Shown here piece by piece: positions 9,674-18,697 of a stretch of 64,000 nucleotides of DNA. The notes under the pieces are model-generated. The model made no database searches. It worked only from the letters and a program-made list of their open reading frames with translations, and was not told the origin of the DNA. Source of the DNA: an uncultured Rhodospirillales bacterium (lineage in GTDB: Bacteria; Pseudomonadota; Alphaproteobacteria; Acetobacterales; Acetobacteraceae). Position 1 is the first letter of the stretch. Every line of letters begins with the position of its first letter. The stretch lies in assembly GCA_903844135.1 (NCBI GenBank), contig CAIMSN010000041.1, forward strand, positions 1,895-65,894, in the 5' to 3' direction. The position numbers and the translations under genes were made by a program.

Positions 9674-9739
9674 CGCGACCGATCTCCTTCCAGCCGCCAA
9701 GCTGCCAGAGAAAGGTTACCGACCCCTGAAGCGCACGCG

Positions 9740-9775
9740 AAAAAGGCCGGCCCCCTCGCGAGGGGCCGGCCTTTT
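9740..9775 (-). terminator. rho-independent terminator downstream of the EF-G gene (bidirectional shape)
   Basis: AAAAA-GGCCGGCCCC-loop-GGGGCCGGCC-TTTT. This is a perfect 10-bp GC stem with a U-run on both strands, lying between the EF-G stop (9808) and the Hint gene start (9673). Confidence 0.8.
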
Positions 9776-9807
9776 CAGTCGTGACGCCCGACCCCCGCCT
9801 GAGCGGA

Positions 9808-11892
9808 CTAGGCAGACTTGGACATGATCTCGTCGGCGATGTTGCGCGGCACCGGATCGTAGTGATGGAACTGCATGGTGAAGGAGGCGCGGCCCTTGGT
9901 CATCGAGCGCAGGTGCGAGATGTAGCCGAACATCTCCTTCAGCGGCACCTGGGCGCGGACCGTCACCGTCGAGCCGGCGCTCTCCTGGTTCTGGATCTGG
10001 CCGCGACGGCGGTTGAGATCGCCCACCACGTCGCCGACATGGTCCTGCGGCGTGGTCACCTCGACATCCATGATCGGCTCCAGGATCACCGGGCTGGCGC
10101 GCTTCATGCCTTCGCGGAAGCAGGCCTTGGCGGCGATTTCGAACGCCAGCGCCGAGGAGTCGACGTCATGGTACTTGCCGTCGAGCAGCGTGTACTTGAA
10201 GTCGACGGTCGGGAAGCCGGCCAGCACGCCGGTGGTCGCCTGCACCTTGATGCCCTTCTCGACCGCCGGGATGTATTCCTTCGGCACGGTGCCGCCGACC
10301 ACCTTGTTCTCGAACGAGATGCCGGCATTGCGCTCGACCGGGGCGAACTCGATCTTGACCTCGGCGTACTGGCCGGAACCGCCCGACTGCTTCTTGTGGG
10401 TGTAGGTCTCGACGTGCGCCTTGGAGATGGTCTCGCGATACGCCACCTGCGGCGCGCCGATGTTGGCGTCGACGCCGTATTCGCGGCGCAGCCGGTCGAT
10501 GATGATCTCGAGATGCAGCTCGCCCATGCCGGACAGGATGGTCTGGCCGGTCTCCTGGTCGGTCTTGAGGCGCAGGCTCGGATCCTCGCCGGCGAGCTTC
10601 TGCAGCGCCAGCGTCATCTTCTCGACCGCTTCCTTGGTCTTCGGCTCGACCGAAATGTCGATCACCGGAACCGGGAACGCCATGCGCTCCAGCACCACCG
10701 GATCGGCGGCGTCGGCCAGCGTGTCGCCGGTGCCGGTATCCTTCAGCCCGACGAAGGCGGCGATGTCGCCGGCATGGACTTCCTTGACCTCGGCACGCTT
10801 GTCGGCGTGCATCTGGAACATCCGGCCGACGCGTTCCTTGTGGCCCTTGGTCGTGTTCATGACCTGGTCGCCCGACTTCAGCACGCCGCGATAGACGCGC
10901 ACGAAGGTCAGGGTTCCGTACTTGTCGTTGATGATCTTGAAAGCCAGACCGGCGAACTTGCCGTCCGGATCCACCGGGATCACCGGCAGCGCCTTTTCGT
11001 CGATGACGCCGTCGGCATCCTCGGGAGGTGCCACGCGGATGCCCTCGACGTCGATCGGCGCCGGCAGATAGTCAAGCACGCCGTCGAGCAGCGGCTGCAC
11101 GCCCTTGTTCTTGAAGGCGGTGCCGCAGAGCACCGGACGGAACTCGCCGGAAATGGTGCCCTTCTTGATCGCCCGCTTCAGGGTCGCGACGTCGACGTCG
11201 CCCTTCTCGAAATACATCTCCATCGCCTCGTCGTCGGTGGCGAGAGCGGTGTCGAGCAGGAGCTGGCGCGCCTCGGCGGCCTTCTCCTTCATGTCCTCGG
11301 GGATCTCCTCGTCGTGGAACTTGGCGCCGAGCTCGCCGCCTTCCCAGATGATCGCCTTCATCTCGACCAGGTCGACCACGCCGAGGAAACCGTCCTCGAC
11401 GCCGATCGGCAACTGCAGCGGCAGCGCCACGATATCGAGCTTCTCCTTCAGCGTATCGAACGCGCGGTAGAAGTCGGCGCCGGTGCGGTCCAGCTTGTTG
11501 ATGAAGATGATGCGCGGCACGTTGTAGCGATCGGCGAGGCGCCAGTTGGTCTCGGACTGCGGCTGCACGCCGGCGACGCCCTCGATGATGAAGATCGCGC
11601 CGTCGAGCACGCGCAGGCTGCGATTCACCTCGATGTTGAAGTCGATATGGCCGGGCGTGTCGATGATGTTGATGCGGTGGTCCTTCCACTCGCACGTCAC
11701 CGCCGCGGAGGTGATGGTGATCCCCCGCTCGCGCTCCTGCTCCATGTAGTCGGTGGTGGTGTTGCCCTCGTGGACCTCACCGATCTTGTGGCTCACCCCG
11801 GTGTAATACAGGATCCGCTCGGTGGTGGTGGTCTTGCCGGCATCGATATGCGCGGTAATGCCGATATTGCGGATCTTGGACAGGTCGGACAC
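9808..11892 (-). CDS. fusA: elongation factor G (stand-alone, outside an rpsL-rpsG-fusA-tuf context; possibly a paralogue)
   Basis: 694 aa. Contains [37 protein letters not shown] and the full five-domain length. Confidence 0.9.
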   Translation of the reverse strand: MSDLSKIRNIGITAHIDAGKTTTTERILYYTGVSHKIGEVHEGNTTTDYMEQERERGITITSAAVTCEWKDHRINIIDTPGHIDFNIEVNRSLRVLDGAIFIIEGVAGVQPQSETNWRLADRYNVPRIIFINKLDRTGADFYRAFDTLKEKLDIVALPLQLPIGVEDGFLGVVDLVEMKAIIWEGGELGAKFHDEEIPEDMKEKAAEARQLLLDTALATDDEAMEMYFEKGDVDVATLKRAIKKGTISGEFRPVLCGTAFKNKGVQPLLDGVLDYLPAPIDVEGIRVAPPEDADGVIDEKALPVIPVDPDGKFAGLAFKIINDKYGTLTFVRVYRGVLKSGDQVMNTTKGHKERVGRMFQMHADKRAEVKEVHAGDIAAFVGLKDTGTGDTLADAADPVVLERMAFPVPVIDISVEPKTKEAVEKMTLALQKLAGEDPSLRLKTDQETGQTILSGMGELHLEIIIDRLRREYGVDANIGAPQVAYRETISKAHVETYTHKKQSGGSGQYAEVKIEFAPVERNAGISFENKVVGGTVPKEYIPAVEKGIKVQATTGVLAGFPTVDFKYTLLDGKYHDVDSSALAFEIAAKACFREGMKRASPVILEPIMDVEVTTPQDHVGDVVGDLNRRRGQIQNQESAGSTVTVRAQVPLKEMFGYISHLRSMTKGRASFTMQFHHYDPVPRNIADEIMSKSA

Positions 11893-12070
11893 GGCGGGTT
11901 CTCCTCAAACCAAGAAGGCGCGAAGGGCCCACGCTCGAAAGCGCATCCCCGCGCGCCCTCCGGGGCCGCAGGGCGAGCCGGCGGCCGAAAGACTGATGGG
12001 CCCTCACATGCGCGAGATGCCCCTGATTTGCAAGGCCGTCCCCCGAGGTCGACGCCCCCGGGGCAGGGCC

Positions 12071-12376
12071 TCAGGCGGTCGCTGAGAGCTGCTTCTTGGC
12101 CTGGGCGCGCAGGATGCGACGCTTGATCACCTGCGCCTCTTCCGGCAGGCGCCGGTTCGGCGTGGTCAGCAGGAACGAGTCCAGGCCGCCATTGTGCTCG
12201 ATGGTGCGCAGGCCGTGGGTGGTCACGCGGATACGGACCGAGGTGCCCAGCACATCGGACAGCAGCGACGTCTCCTGCAGGTTCGGCAGGTAGCGGCGGC
12301 GGGTCTTGTTGTTGGCGTGGCTGACGTTGTTACCCGTCAGCACGCCCTTGCCGGTCATCTCGCAGCGGCGCGACAT
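12071..12376 (-). CDS. rpmB: 50S ribosomal protein L28
   Basis: 101 aa. The sequence [34 protein letters not shown] is the conserved L28 N-terminus. Confidence 0.9.
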   Translation of the reverse strand: MSRRCEMTGKGVLTGNNVSHANNKTRRRYLPNLQETSLLSDVLGTSVRIRVTTHGLRTIEHNGGLDSFLLTTPNRRLPEEAQVIKRRILRAQAKKQLSATA

Positions 12377-12541
12377 CGTCTCAAATCCTTAAAATTCCGC
12401 CGTCCCGATCGCTCCGGGACGCACGAACGGCCGGCTGCCGAGGCGCCGGCATCGATTCCGATAGAGGCGCGGCTTATCGCCAAGTGCGGCCGATCCGTCA
12501 AGCGCGCAGTCTCGTTGCCGGCCGCGCGAGCGCCCCGGATC

Positions 12542-12859
12542 TCAGGCGCGACCGTGTCCGCGATCGTTCGCCGGGTCGAGCTCGCCGGCGCGGACGCTGG
12601 CGATCGCGTTCTCCAGCATGCGGATCATCGCCGCCTGGGTCATGGTGCGGGCGAGAAGCCCGAGCGATCCGCCCAGCAGCGCCGAGGCGATCGCCATCGG
12701 CGGCAGCTTCTCGCCCAGCATGTAGTCGATCGCCTTGTCGGTCACCGCGCCGGCATGGCTGAGTTCCGCCGGCACCGCGCCGTCATGGCCGAGCGGCTGC
12801 TCGCCGACCGCCGGCCTCTCCTGAGCCTGTTTTCCCGGACCGCCTGGCTCGAAATTCAT
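12542..12859 (-). CDS. hypothetical protein (105 aa)
   Basis: ATG at 12859 preceded by AAGGGGGAA, 15 nt after the ABC exporter stop. The codon bias looks coding. I recognised no motif. Confidence 0.45.
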   Translation of the reverse strand: MNFEPGGPGKQAQERPAVGEQPLGHDGAVPAELSHAGAVTDKAIDYMLGEKLPPMAIASALLGGSLGLLARTMTQAAMIRMLENAIASVRAGELDPANDRGHGRA

Positions 12860-12876
12860 CTCGTTCCCCCTTCTGA

Positions 12877-14754
12877 TCAGATCGCCGCGTTGAGTTCCGG
12901 GCTGAGGATCGTCTCCGCCCTGCCCTCCGCGGTCTCCTCTTCGGACTGGGCCGCCCACATCCGGGCATAGACCCCGCCTTCGGCCAGCAAGTCGCGATGC
13001 GTGCCACGTTCTGCAACCAGCCCATCGACCAGCACCAGGATCTCGTCCGCGTCGACCACGGTCGACAGGCGATGCGCGATCACCAGCGTGGTCCGGTCGG
13101 CGGCCACGGTGCGCAGCGCCGACTGGATCTCCTGCTCGGTATGGGTGTCGAGCGCACTGGTCGCCTCGTCGAGCACCAGGACGCGTGGGTTCTTCAGGAT
13201 GGTGCGGGCGATCGCGACGCGCTGCTTCTCGCCGCCGGACAGCTTGAGGCCACGCTCGCCGACCCTGGTGTCGTACCCCTCCGGCAGGCCGATCACGAAC
13301 TGGTGCACCTGGGCCAGGGTGGCGGCATGCTCGATCTCGGCCTGGCTGGCGCCGATCCTGCCGTAGCCGATATTGTAGCGAATGGTGTCGTTGAACAGCA
13401 CCGTGTCCTGCGGCACCACGCCGATCGCCGCGCGCAGGCTCTCCTGGGCGTAGGCGCGCACATCGTGCCCGTCGATCGTCACGCTGCCGGCACTCACGTC
13501 GTAGAAGCGGAACAGCAGACGGCTGATGGTTGATTTGCCGGCCCCGGTCGGCCCGACGATCGCGGTCCGCCCGCCCGGCCGCACCGCAAAGCTCACCCCA
13601 TGCAGGATCTCCCGGTTGGGCTGGTAGCCGAACCGAACCGACTCGAACCGGACCTCGGCCGGCGGCGCATCCTCGAGTCTGGCCGGCAGCGTCGCCGGGT
13701 GCGCCGGGTCGCGCACCTCCTGCGCCTCGCCCAGCAGCCGGAACATCTGCTCCAGATCCACCAGCGACTGCCGCAGCGAGGAATAGACGAAGCCGAGCAG
13801 GTTCAGCGGCGCGTAGAGCTGCATCAGGTAGGTATTGACCAGCACGAACTTGCCGACCGAAAGCCGCCCCGCCGCCACCCCGTCCGCGGCCATCAGCATG
13901 ATCCCGGCCAGCGCCACGGCGATGATGCTGGCCTGGCCGACGTTCAGCAGGTTGAGCGAGACCTGGGTCTTGACCGCGGCCCGCTCGTAGCGCGCCTGGG
14001 TCTCGTCGTAGCGCCTGGCCTCGTGACGCTCGTTGCCGAAATACTTGACCGTCTCGAAATTGAGCAGGCTGTCGAGCGCCTTGGTGCTGGCCTCGCTCTC
14101 GACCTCGTTCATGCGTCGCCGGATGCCGATGCGCCAGCCGGTGAACGCGACCGTGAAGCCGACATAGACCACCACGGTGGCCAGCACCGCTAGCGCGAAG
14201 CGCCAGTCGAACAGCCGCCAGATCACCGCGGTGACCATCAGCGTCTCGATCAGCGTCGGCACGATGTTGAAGATGCCGAGACGCAGGATCAGCTCGATCG
14301 CCTGGGTGCCGCGCTCGATCGCCCTGGTCACGCCGCCGGTCTGGCGGTCGAGATGGAAGCGCAGCGAGAGCCCGTGCAGATGGCGGAAGGTCTGCATCGC
14401 CGCGACCCGGATCACCCTCTGCTTGACCGGCGCGAACATCGCGTCGCGCAGCTCGCCGAACGCGCCGGCGGCGATCCTGAGCAGCCCGTATCCGACGATC
14501 AGCGCGATCGGCACCACGAGCAGGTGGGTGGGGTCGTGATGCGAGAGACGATCGACCGCGCGGGCATAGACCAGCGGAACGCAGATGGTCGCCAGCTTGG
14601 CGGCCACCAGCAGCGCGACCGCGGCCACCACATGCGCCCTGGTACGCAGATCGTTGCGCGGCCAGAGATAGGGGAGCAGCCCGCGTACCGTCGCCAAGGC
14701 GGTCCGGCGGTCCACCGCCGGGGCGCGGCCGGTGCCAGATGAAGGAGGTGTCAT
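12877..14754 (-). CDS. ABC transporter ATP-binding protein/permease, ATM1/ABCB7-like exporter
   Basis: 625 aa from the ATG at 14754 (GAAGGAGG RBS). It has an N-terminal six-TM domain, Walker A GPTGAGKST, signature LSGGEKQRVAIAR and Walker B VLVLDEATSALD. The 813-aa ORF is a spurious 5' extension. Confidence 0.85.
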   Translation of the reverse strand: MTPPSSGTGRAPAVDRRTALATVRGLLPYLWPRNDLRTRAHVVAAVALLVAAKLATICVPLVYARAVDRLSHHDPTHLLVVPIALIVGYGLLRIAAGAFGELRDAMFAPVKQRVIRVAAMQTFRHLHGLSLRFHLDRQTGGVTRAIERGTQAIELILRLGIFNIVPTLIETLMVTAVIWRLFDWRFALAVLATVVVYVGFTVAFTGWRIGIRRRMNEVESEASTKALDSLLNFETVKYFGNERHEARRYDETQARYERAAVKTQVSLNLLNVGQASIIAVALAGIMLMAADGVAAGRLSVGKFVLVNTYLMQLYAPLNLLGFVYSSLRQSLVDLEQMFRLLGEAQEVRDPAHPATLPARLEDAPPAEVRFESVRFGYQPNREILHGVSFAVRPGGRTAIVGPTGAGKSTISRLLFRFYDVSAGSVTIDGHDVRAYAQESLRAAIGVVPQDTVLFNDTIRYNIGYGRIGASQAEIEHAATLAQVHQFVIGLPEGYDTRVGERGLKLSGGEKQRVAIARTILKNPRVLVLDEATSALDTHTEQEIQSALRTVAADRTTLVIAHRLSTVVDADEILVLVDGLVAERGTHRDLLAEGGVYARMWAAQSEEETAEGRAETILSPELNAAI

Positions 14755-14843
14755 GCTCCCCGATGTGGCATGGCGTCCGGCCAATTCAAAGGTTCGACCG
14801 GTCCCGTGATTGCCAAGCCGGTCCGGCTTTGGGACGCTCGGCC

Positions 14844-15686
14844 ATGACCAGCCCCCTCGCGCCGTTCTTTCGCCATCTCGACGCCTGCAACAACACCAGC
14901 CTGCCAGGCGACCGGCTGGCGTTCCGGCTCGCCGCCACCCCGGTCGGTTTCGTCCCGGCGGCGCTGGCGCCGGACCTCGAACGCGCCGGCGTCCGACGCG
15001 ACGCGGACGCGCTGGTGCTGGACGACCCCGCCGCCTTCCCGGCGCTGGGCGAGGCGCTCGCCAGGGCCGGGGTCTGCCGGTTCCGCGGCGAGCCGTTCGA
15101 CGTCCGCGGCGCCTTCGACGGCCCGGTGCTGACCACGCTCGATCGCGGCGCGCTGCCCTGCTTCGGCATCCTGGCCGAGGGGATGCATCTGAACGGGCTG
15201 GTCGAACGGCCGGACGGGCTGCATCTGTGGGTCGGGCAGCGCGCGGCGAACAAGCAGCTCGACCCCGGAAAGCTCGACCATCTCGCCGCGGGCGGGATCG
15301 CCGCCGGCCATGATCCACTCTCGACGCTGCGCAAGGAGGGCGAGGAGGAATGCGGCCTGACCCCGGCGCTGGCCCGGCAGGCGGTGCGCTCCGGGCTGAT
15401 CACCTACGTGATGGCGCGGCCGGAGGGGCTGCGGCGCGACCGGCTGCATTGCTTCGACCTGATGCTGCCGGAAAGCTTCCAGCCGGTCGCCAACGACGGC
15501 GAGATGGAGGCCTTCACGCTGATGCCGTTGCAGGAGGCGTTCCGCCTGGTCCGCGACACCGACCGTTTCAAGTTCAACGTCAATCTGGTGCTGCTCGACC
15601 TGTTCCTCAGGCGCGGGCTGATCGATCCGGACAGTGCCGACGGGCAGGCGATACGGCGCCGTCTGACCGCGCGCAGCCACCCGTGA
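14844..15686 (+). CDS. NUDIX hydrolase (with a DUF4743-like N-terminal domain)
   Basis: Nudix-box-like GGIAAGHDPLSTLRKEGEEECGL. Start placed at the ATG of MTSPLAPFF. Divergent from the ABC exporter. Confidence 0.65.
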   Translation: MTSPLAPFFRHLDACNNTSLPGDRLAFRLAATPVGFVPAALAPDLERAGVRRDADALVLDDPAAFPALGEALARAGVCRFRGEPFDVRGAFDGPVLTTLDRGALPCFGILAEGMHLNGLVERPDGLHLWVGQRAANKQLDPGKLDHLAAGGIAAGHDPLSTLRKEGEEECGLTPALARQAVRSGLITYVMARPEGLRRDRLHCFDLMLPESFQPVANDGEMEAFTLMPLQEAFRLVRDTDRFKFNVNLVLLDLFLRRGLIDPDSADGQAIRRRLTARSHP

Positions 15687-15704
15687 AGCCATGGTTTCGC
15701 GGTC

Positions 15705-16085
15705 TCAATAGCCGTAGCCGCGTCCGCCGGCGGGCGGGTAGGCTTGGGGATAGGAGGGCTGGACCGAGCCGGGCTGCGGATAGCCGGGCTGCGAATAGGC
15801 CGGCTGCGAATAGGCGGGCTGCGGGTAGCTGGGCTGCGGATAGGCGGGCTGCTGATAGGCGGGCCCGGCATAGCCCGGACGCACCTGGCTGGCCGGCACC
15901 TGATACCAGGGTCCGCGATAATTCTGGTTGAGCTGGCCGGCATTGAGCGAGTCGACCGCCACGTCGCCGGTTCCGTCCGGGTAGGACGAGGCCGGTGCCG
16001 GCTGCTGAGCCAGCGCCACGGAAACAACGCCGTTCGCGGCCAGCAGCAGGCCGGCCAGGCCGTATCCGATCATCGATCGCATCAT
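15705..16085 (-). CDS. secreted Pro/Gln/Tyr-rich pentapeptide-repeat protein (126 aa)
   Basis: ATG at 16085 with an AGGGAGA RBS and a signal peptide MMRSMIGYGLAGLLLAANGVVSVALA. The C-terminus reads YAGPAYQQPAYPQPSYPQPAYSQPAYSQPGYPQPG...GGRGYGY. Confidence 0.65.
   Translation of the reverse strand: MMRSMIGYGLAGLLLAANGVVSVALAQQPAPASSYPDGTGDVAVDSLNAGQLNQNYRGPWYQVPASQVRPGYAGPAYQQPAYPQPSYPQPAYSQPAYSQPGYPQPGSVQPSYPQAYPPAGGRGYGY
15771..15875 (-). repeat. seven tandem 15-bp units (GGGCTGCGRATAGSC-like) encoding Y-x-Q-P-x pentapeptides
   Basis: Read directly. The units start at 15771, 15786, 15801, 15816, 15831, 15846 and 15861. They are in-frame coding repeats inside the 15705-16085 gene. Confidence 0.85.
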
Positions 16086-16207
16086 GGTCTCCCTTGTCCG
16101 GACGCCGCGTTGCCCGGGCGTCGGTTGCACGCCCCCTTTGTGGCGTTTTCCAGGCGGATCGCCCTGCCACGCGCCGCGTTGCACCCGGACCAGGAGGAAC
16201 CAGCCCC

Positions 16208-16855
16208 ATGACCGACGATGCCGACATGCATGTCTACGAGCCAGCCCAGGGCCACGGGCTGAAGCACGACCCGTTCAACGCCATCGTCGGGCCGCGGCCG
16301 ATCGGCTGGATCTCCAGCCGCAGCCGGACCGGGGTGCTGAACCTGGCGCCCTACAGCTTCTTCAACGCGTTCAACTATACGCCGCCGATCATCGGGTTCT
16401 CCTCGACCGGCTGGAAGGACAGCGTCGCCAATATCGGCCAGACCGGCGAATTCGTCTGGAACCTCGCCACGCGCGCGCTCGCCCGCCAGATGAATGCGAG
16501 TGCCGCGTCGGTCGCCCCGGAGATCGACGAGTTCGCCCTGGCCGGGCTCACCCCGGTCGCCAGCCGAACAATGGACGTGCCCCGCGTCGGCGAAAGCCCG
16601 GTCGCCTTCGAATGCCGGGTGCTGCAGCAGATCCAGTTGCACGACCTGGAGCGGAACCCGATCGAGACCTGGCTCACGCTGGGCCAGGTCGTCGTCGTGC
16701 ATATCGATCGCAGCCTGATCCGCGACGGCATCTACGACACCGCCGCGGCGCACCCGATCCTGCGCGCCGGCGGCCCGGCCGACTATGTCGCGATCGAGCC
16801 GGGAGCCTTTTTCCAGATGAAGCGGCCGGATGCGGGCTCGCTTCCGCCGGCCTGA
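16208..16855 (+). CDS. flavin reductase family protein (FMN-binding split barrel)
   Basis: PRPIGWISSRSRTGVLNLAPYSFFNAF...ESPVAFECRV is typical of flavin-reductase-like domain proteins. Start at the ATG of MTDDADMHVY. Confidence 0.75.
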   Translation: MTDDADMHVYEPAQGHGLKHDPFNAIVGPRPIGWISSRSRTGVLNLAPYSFFNAFNYTPPIIGFSSTGWKDSVANIGQTGEFVWNLATRALARQMNASAASVAPEIDEFALAGLTPVASRTMDVPRVGESPVAFECRVLQQIQLHDLERNPIETWLTLGQVVVVHIDRSLIRDGIYDTAAAHPILRAGGPADYVAIEPGAFFQMKRPDAGSLPPA

Positions 16856-16862
16856 TACCACC

Positions 16863-17009
16863 CTATCGGCAGCGATACGGATGATAATAGCACCAGCCGG
16901 GTCCGCGGATCGGCGCCACGATGCAGCCGGACAGCGAGGCGCCGAGCACGGCGAGCACGCACGCCGCGCCGATCCGGCGAACGATCGTCGAACGGGTCAT
17001 CGCCTTCAT
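16863..17009 (-). CDS. small Cys-rich lipoprotein (48 aa)
   Basis: MKAMTRSTIVRRIGAACVLAVLGASLSGC has the lipobox LSGC, followed by IVAPIRGPGWCYYHPYRCR. Its ATG overlaps the upstream stop (ATGA at 17009-17006). Confidence 0.5.
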   Translation of the reverse strand: MKAMTRSTIVRRIGAACVLAVLGASLSGCIVAPIRGPGWCYYHPYRCR

Positions 17010-17260
17010 CTCCAGTGACCGCCGACCCAGTAGAGGCCGTTCCAATGCGCCGGCACCCAGACCGGCCCACCGGCGACGACCCGACCCGGCAGTGCGACGT
17101 AGATACGCGGGGCGTAGCAGCACCGGGCATAGCCCCACCCGCCATGCCAGCCGGGGCCGTAGCGCCACCACGCCTCGGCCGGCTTCGGAGCCAGCAGGAA
17201 GGCCGACGCCACCAGCATCATCGCCGGGACGGACAAAACCTTGAGCTTCGAGCGATGCAT
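17006..17260 (-). CDS. small secreted Trp/Gly-rich protein (YXWGXW-repeat-like, 84 aa)
   Basis: Signal peptide ...LLAPKPAEA, then WWRYGPGWHGGWGY...VWVPAHWNGLYWVGGHWR. An RBS (GAGAAAGGA) lies upstream. Confidence 0.55.
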   Translation of the reverse strand: MHRSKLKVLSVPAMMLVASAFLLAPKPAEAWWRYGPGWHGGWGYARCCYAPRIYVALPGRVVAGGPVWVPAHWNGLYWVGGHWR

Positions 17261-17290
17261 GTCGGTATTCCTTTCTCCCGAGGACGACGC

Positions 17291-17626
17291 TCAGCGAGGC
17301 ACCACGCCCGGTTGAGCGATATCGTTGTGCTTGTCTGCGTAGATACGGTTCGACACGGCAGTCTCGCGCCGGTTCAGGGAGCGGGATTCCGCGCCGGTGA
17401 GATGTCCGCCGTTGGCCGCGAGATCGGCGCGTCGCGACGCGTTGATGTCGGCCTCGCGGGTTTCCAGACGCGCCGCGCCACCCGCCGTGATCTGGCCGCT
17501 GCGCAGCCCCTGGCCGATACGCGCCTGCTGGCGCGCCTCGCGGTTGCGGACTTCGCCCGCCGTGGCCGTCAACGGTACGAGGATCGCCATCGCGGTGGCG
17601 ATCAGTCGGAAACGGTCCGTAGTCAT
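17291..17626 (-). CDS. secreted hypothetical protein (111 aa)
   Basis: Starts at the ATG of MTTDRFRLIATAMAILVPLTATAGE (signal peptide). The rest is a charged, helical-looking sequence. Same strand and tight spacing with the neighbouring small genes. Confidence 0.5.
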   Translation of the reverse strand: MTTDRFRLIATAMAILVPLTATAGEVRNREARQQARIGQGLRSGQITAGGAARLETREADINASRRADLAANGGHLTGAESRSLNRRETAVSNRIYADKHNDIAQPGVVPR

Positions 17627-17669
17627 TCGATCGTCCCTGTCTGTTCCTCTCTTCAACGGAGGAGAGATC

Positions 17670-17699
17670 GAAACCCGTCGCTGCGGCAGCAGGGTTTTC
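17670..17699 (-). terminator. stem-loop between the CpxP-like gene and the next small gene (possible attenuating terminator)
   Basis: GAAACCC-GTC-GCTGC-G-GCAGC-A-GGGTTTTC. On the - strand it is followed by UUUCGAUCUCUCC. Confidence 0.35.
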
Positions 17700-17780
17700 T
17701 TCGGACGAGAGAAAAACATCGGCTCAGGTATCATCGCCGCGCGATCGTGCCCTCGGCGACGATGCCCGAGCCATCGACCA

Positions 17781-18269
17781 TCACCGCCCGGTGTCGAGGG
17801 CTTTCGCGCGACCGGGTTCGCGCAGCGGTCCGCCGCGCGCAAGGCCTGCGGCCAGCGCCGCACGCTCCTCGAGCGGCAGGCCGGCGGCGAAGCCGATCGC
17901 CGCGGCCTCGAGCTGTCCGCGCAGATCGAAATCGGCCTGGCGCGCCCGCTCCAGGGCTTGCCCGATCGCCGCCTGATCGAAGCTCGGCTGCACGAACAAT
18001 GCGGCGGCCTGCCTGCGACTTTCGCGGGCGATCCTGGCGAGCGCGCGATTGTCGCGCACCACGGCGCGCATGGTCTGGTTGAAGCGCATCCGTTCGGGCG
18101 CCGGCAACTGCGCGCCGGCGACGACGACCGGCCGATGCGCGAACGCGGCCGGATGCGGACCGAAGCCGCCGCGCGCCGCCATCACGAGCAGCCCGCCGCC
18201 GATCGCGCCGATCGCGAACAGGTTGAGGAACACGGAAACGACGAACAGGATCGTCCAGCGGCGGGTCAT
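17781..18269 (-). CDS. membrane-anchored periplasmic Spy/CpxP-like protein ('periplasmic heavy metal sensor' type)
   Basis: MTRRWTILFVVSVFLNLFAIGAIGGGLLV is a TM anchor. It is followed by a helical Arg/Ala/Gln-rich domain of the kind commonly encoded after an ECF sigma / anti-sigma pair. ATGA overlap with the anti-sigma gene. Confidence 0.5.
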   Translation of the reverse strand: MTRRWTILFVVSVFLNLFAIGAIGGGLLVMAARGGFGPHPAAFAHRPVVVAGAQLPAPERMRFNQTMRAVVRDNRALARIARESRRQAAALFVQPSFDQAAIGQALERARQADFDLRGQLEAAAIGFAAGLPLEERAALAAGLARGGPLREPGRAKALDTGR

Positions 18270-18697
18270 CGCGTCTGTCCGTCCGGCGCGACCTCGTCGG
18301 CATCGTCGATAGGCTCGCCGAGGACGGTCAGGCTGTATAGCGCGCCGGACACCTGATCGCCGGCTTGCGGCAGCGCCAGGACGCTGATTCCCGCCGCCAC
18401 GCCGCCGGCGAGGGTCACGGCGGCACCCAGGCCGGAGAGGAAGACGCGCCACCGGAGCCGCAGCGACCGACCCCGCGACAGCCCCGCCATGACGCGTCCA
18501 GACAGGTCGGCGCCAGGCCCGGACACGGTCCAGCAGGCCAGCGCCGCGTCCAGCGCGGCCTCCCGCTCCAGCACCGCTTGCGCCTGATCGGGTCGCGCGC
18601 GCTGGAAGGCCAGGGCCTGCTCGCGCTCCGCTTCTGGCCAGCGATCCGGATCGGCGCCATACGCGCCGGCAAGGACGGCGAAACGCTCTGGCGTCAT
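18266..18697 (-). CDS. anti-sigma factor (single TM)
   Basis: 143 aa with a cytoplasmic N-terminus and the TM segment VFLSGLGAAVTLAGGVAAGISVLAL. It has 4-nt overlaps with the sigma gene upstream and the CpxP-like gene downstream. Confidence 0.55.
   Translation of the reverse strand: MTPERFAVLAGAYGADPDRWPEAEREQALAFQRARPDQAQAVLEREAALDAALACWTVSGPGADLSGRVMAGLSRGRSLRLRWRVFLSGLGAAVTLAGGVAAGISVLALPQAGDQVSGALYSLTVLGEPIDDADEVAPDGQTR

Noticed and set aside
9781-12126. 781-aa + strand ORF antisense to EF-G
   Set aside because: This is a shadow ORF. The - strand gives an unmistakable EF-G.
15771-15875. Short tandem repeats (also 22296-22490) as a possible CRISPR array or VNTR locus
   Set aside because: The units are 15 bp, contiguous with no spacers, in frame, and lie inside ORFs with signal peptides. 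They are coding pentapeptide repeats, not CRISPR.
17700-17725. The - strand sequence TTTTTCTCTCGTCCGAAG resembles the spacer/-10 part of the cytochrome b promoter (TTTTCTCTCCGTCC...CGAA)
   Set aside because: There is no GTAAC -35 element and the spacing is wrong. It is probably pyrimidine-rich coincidence.
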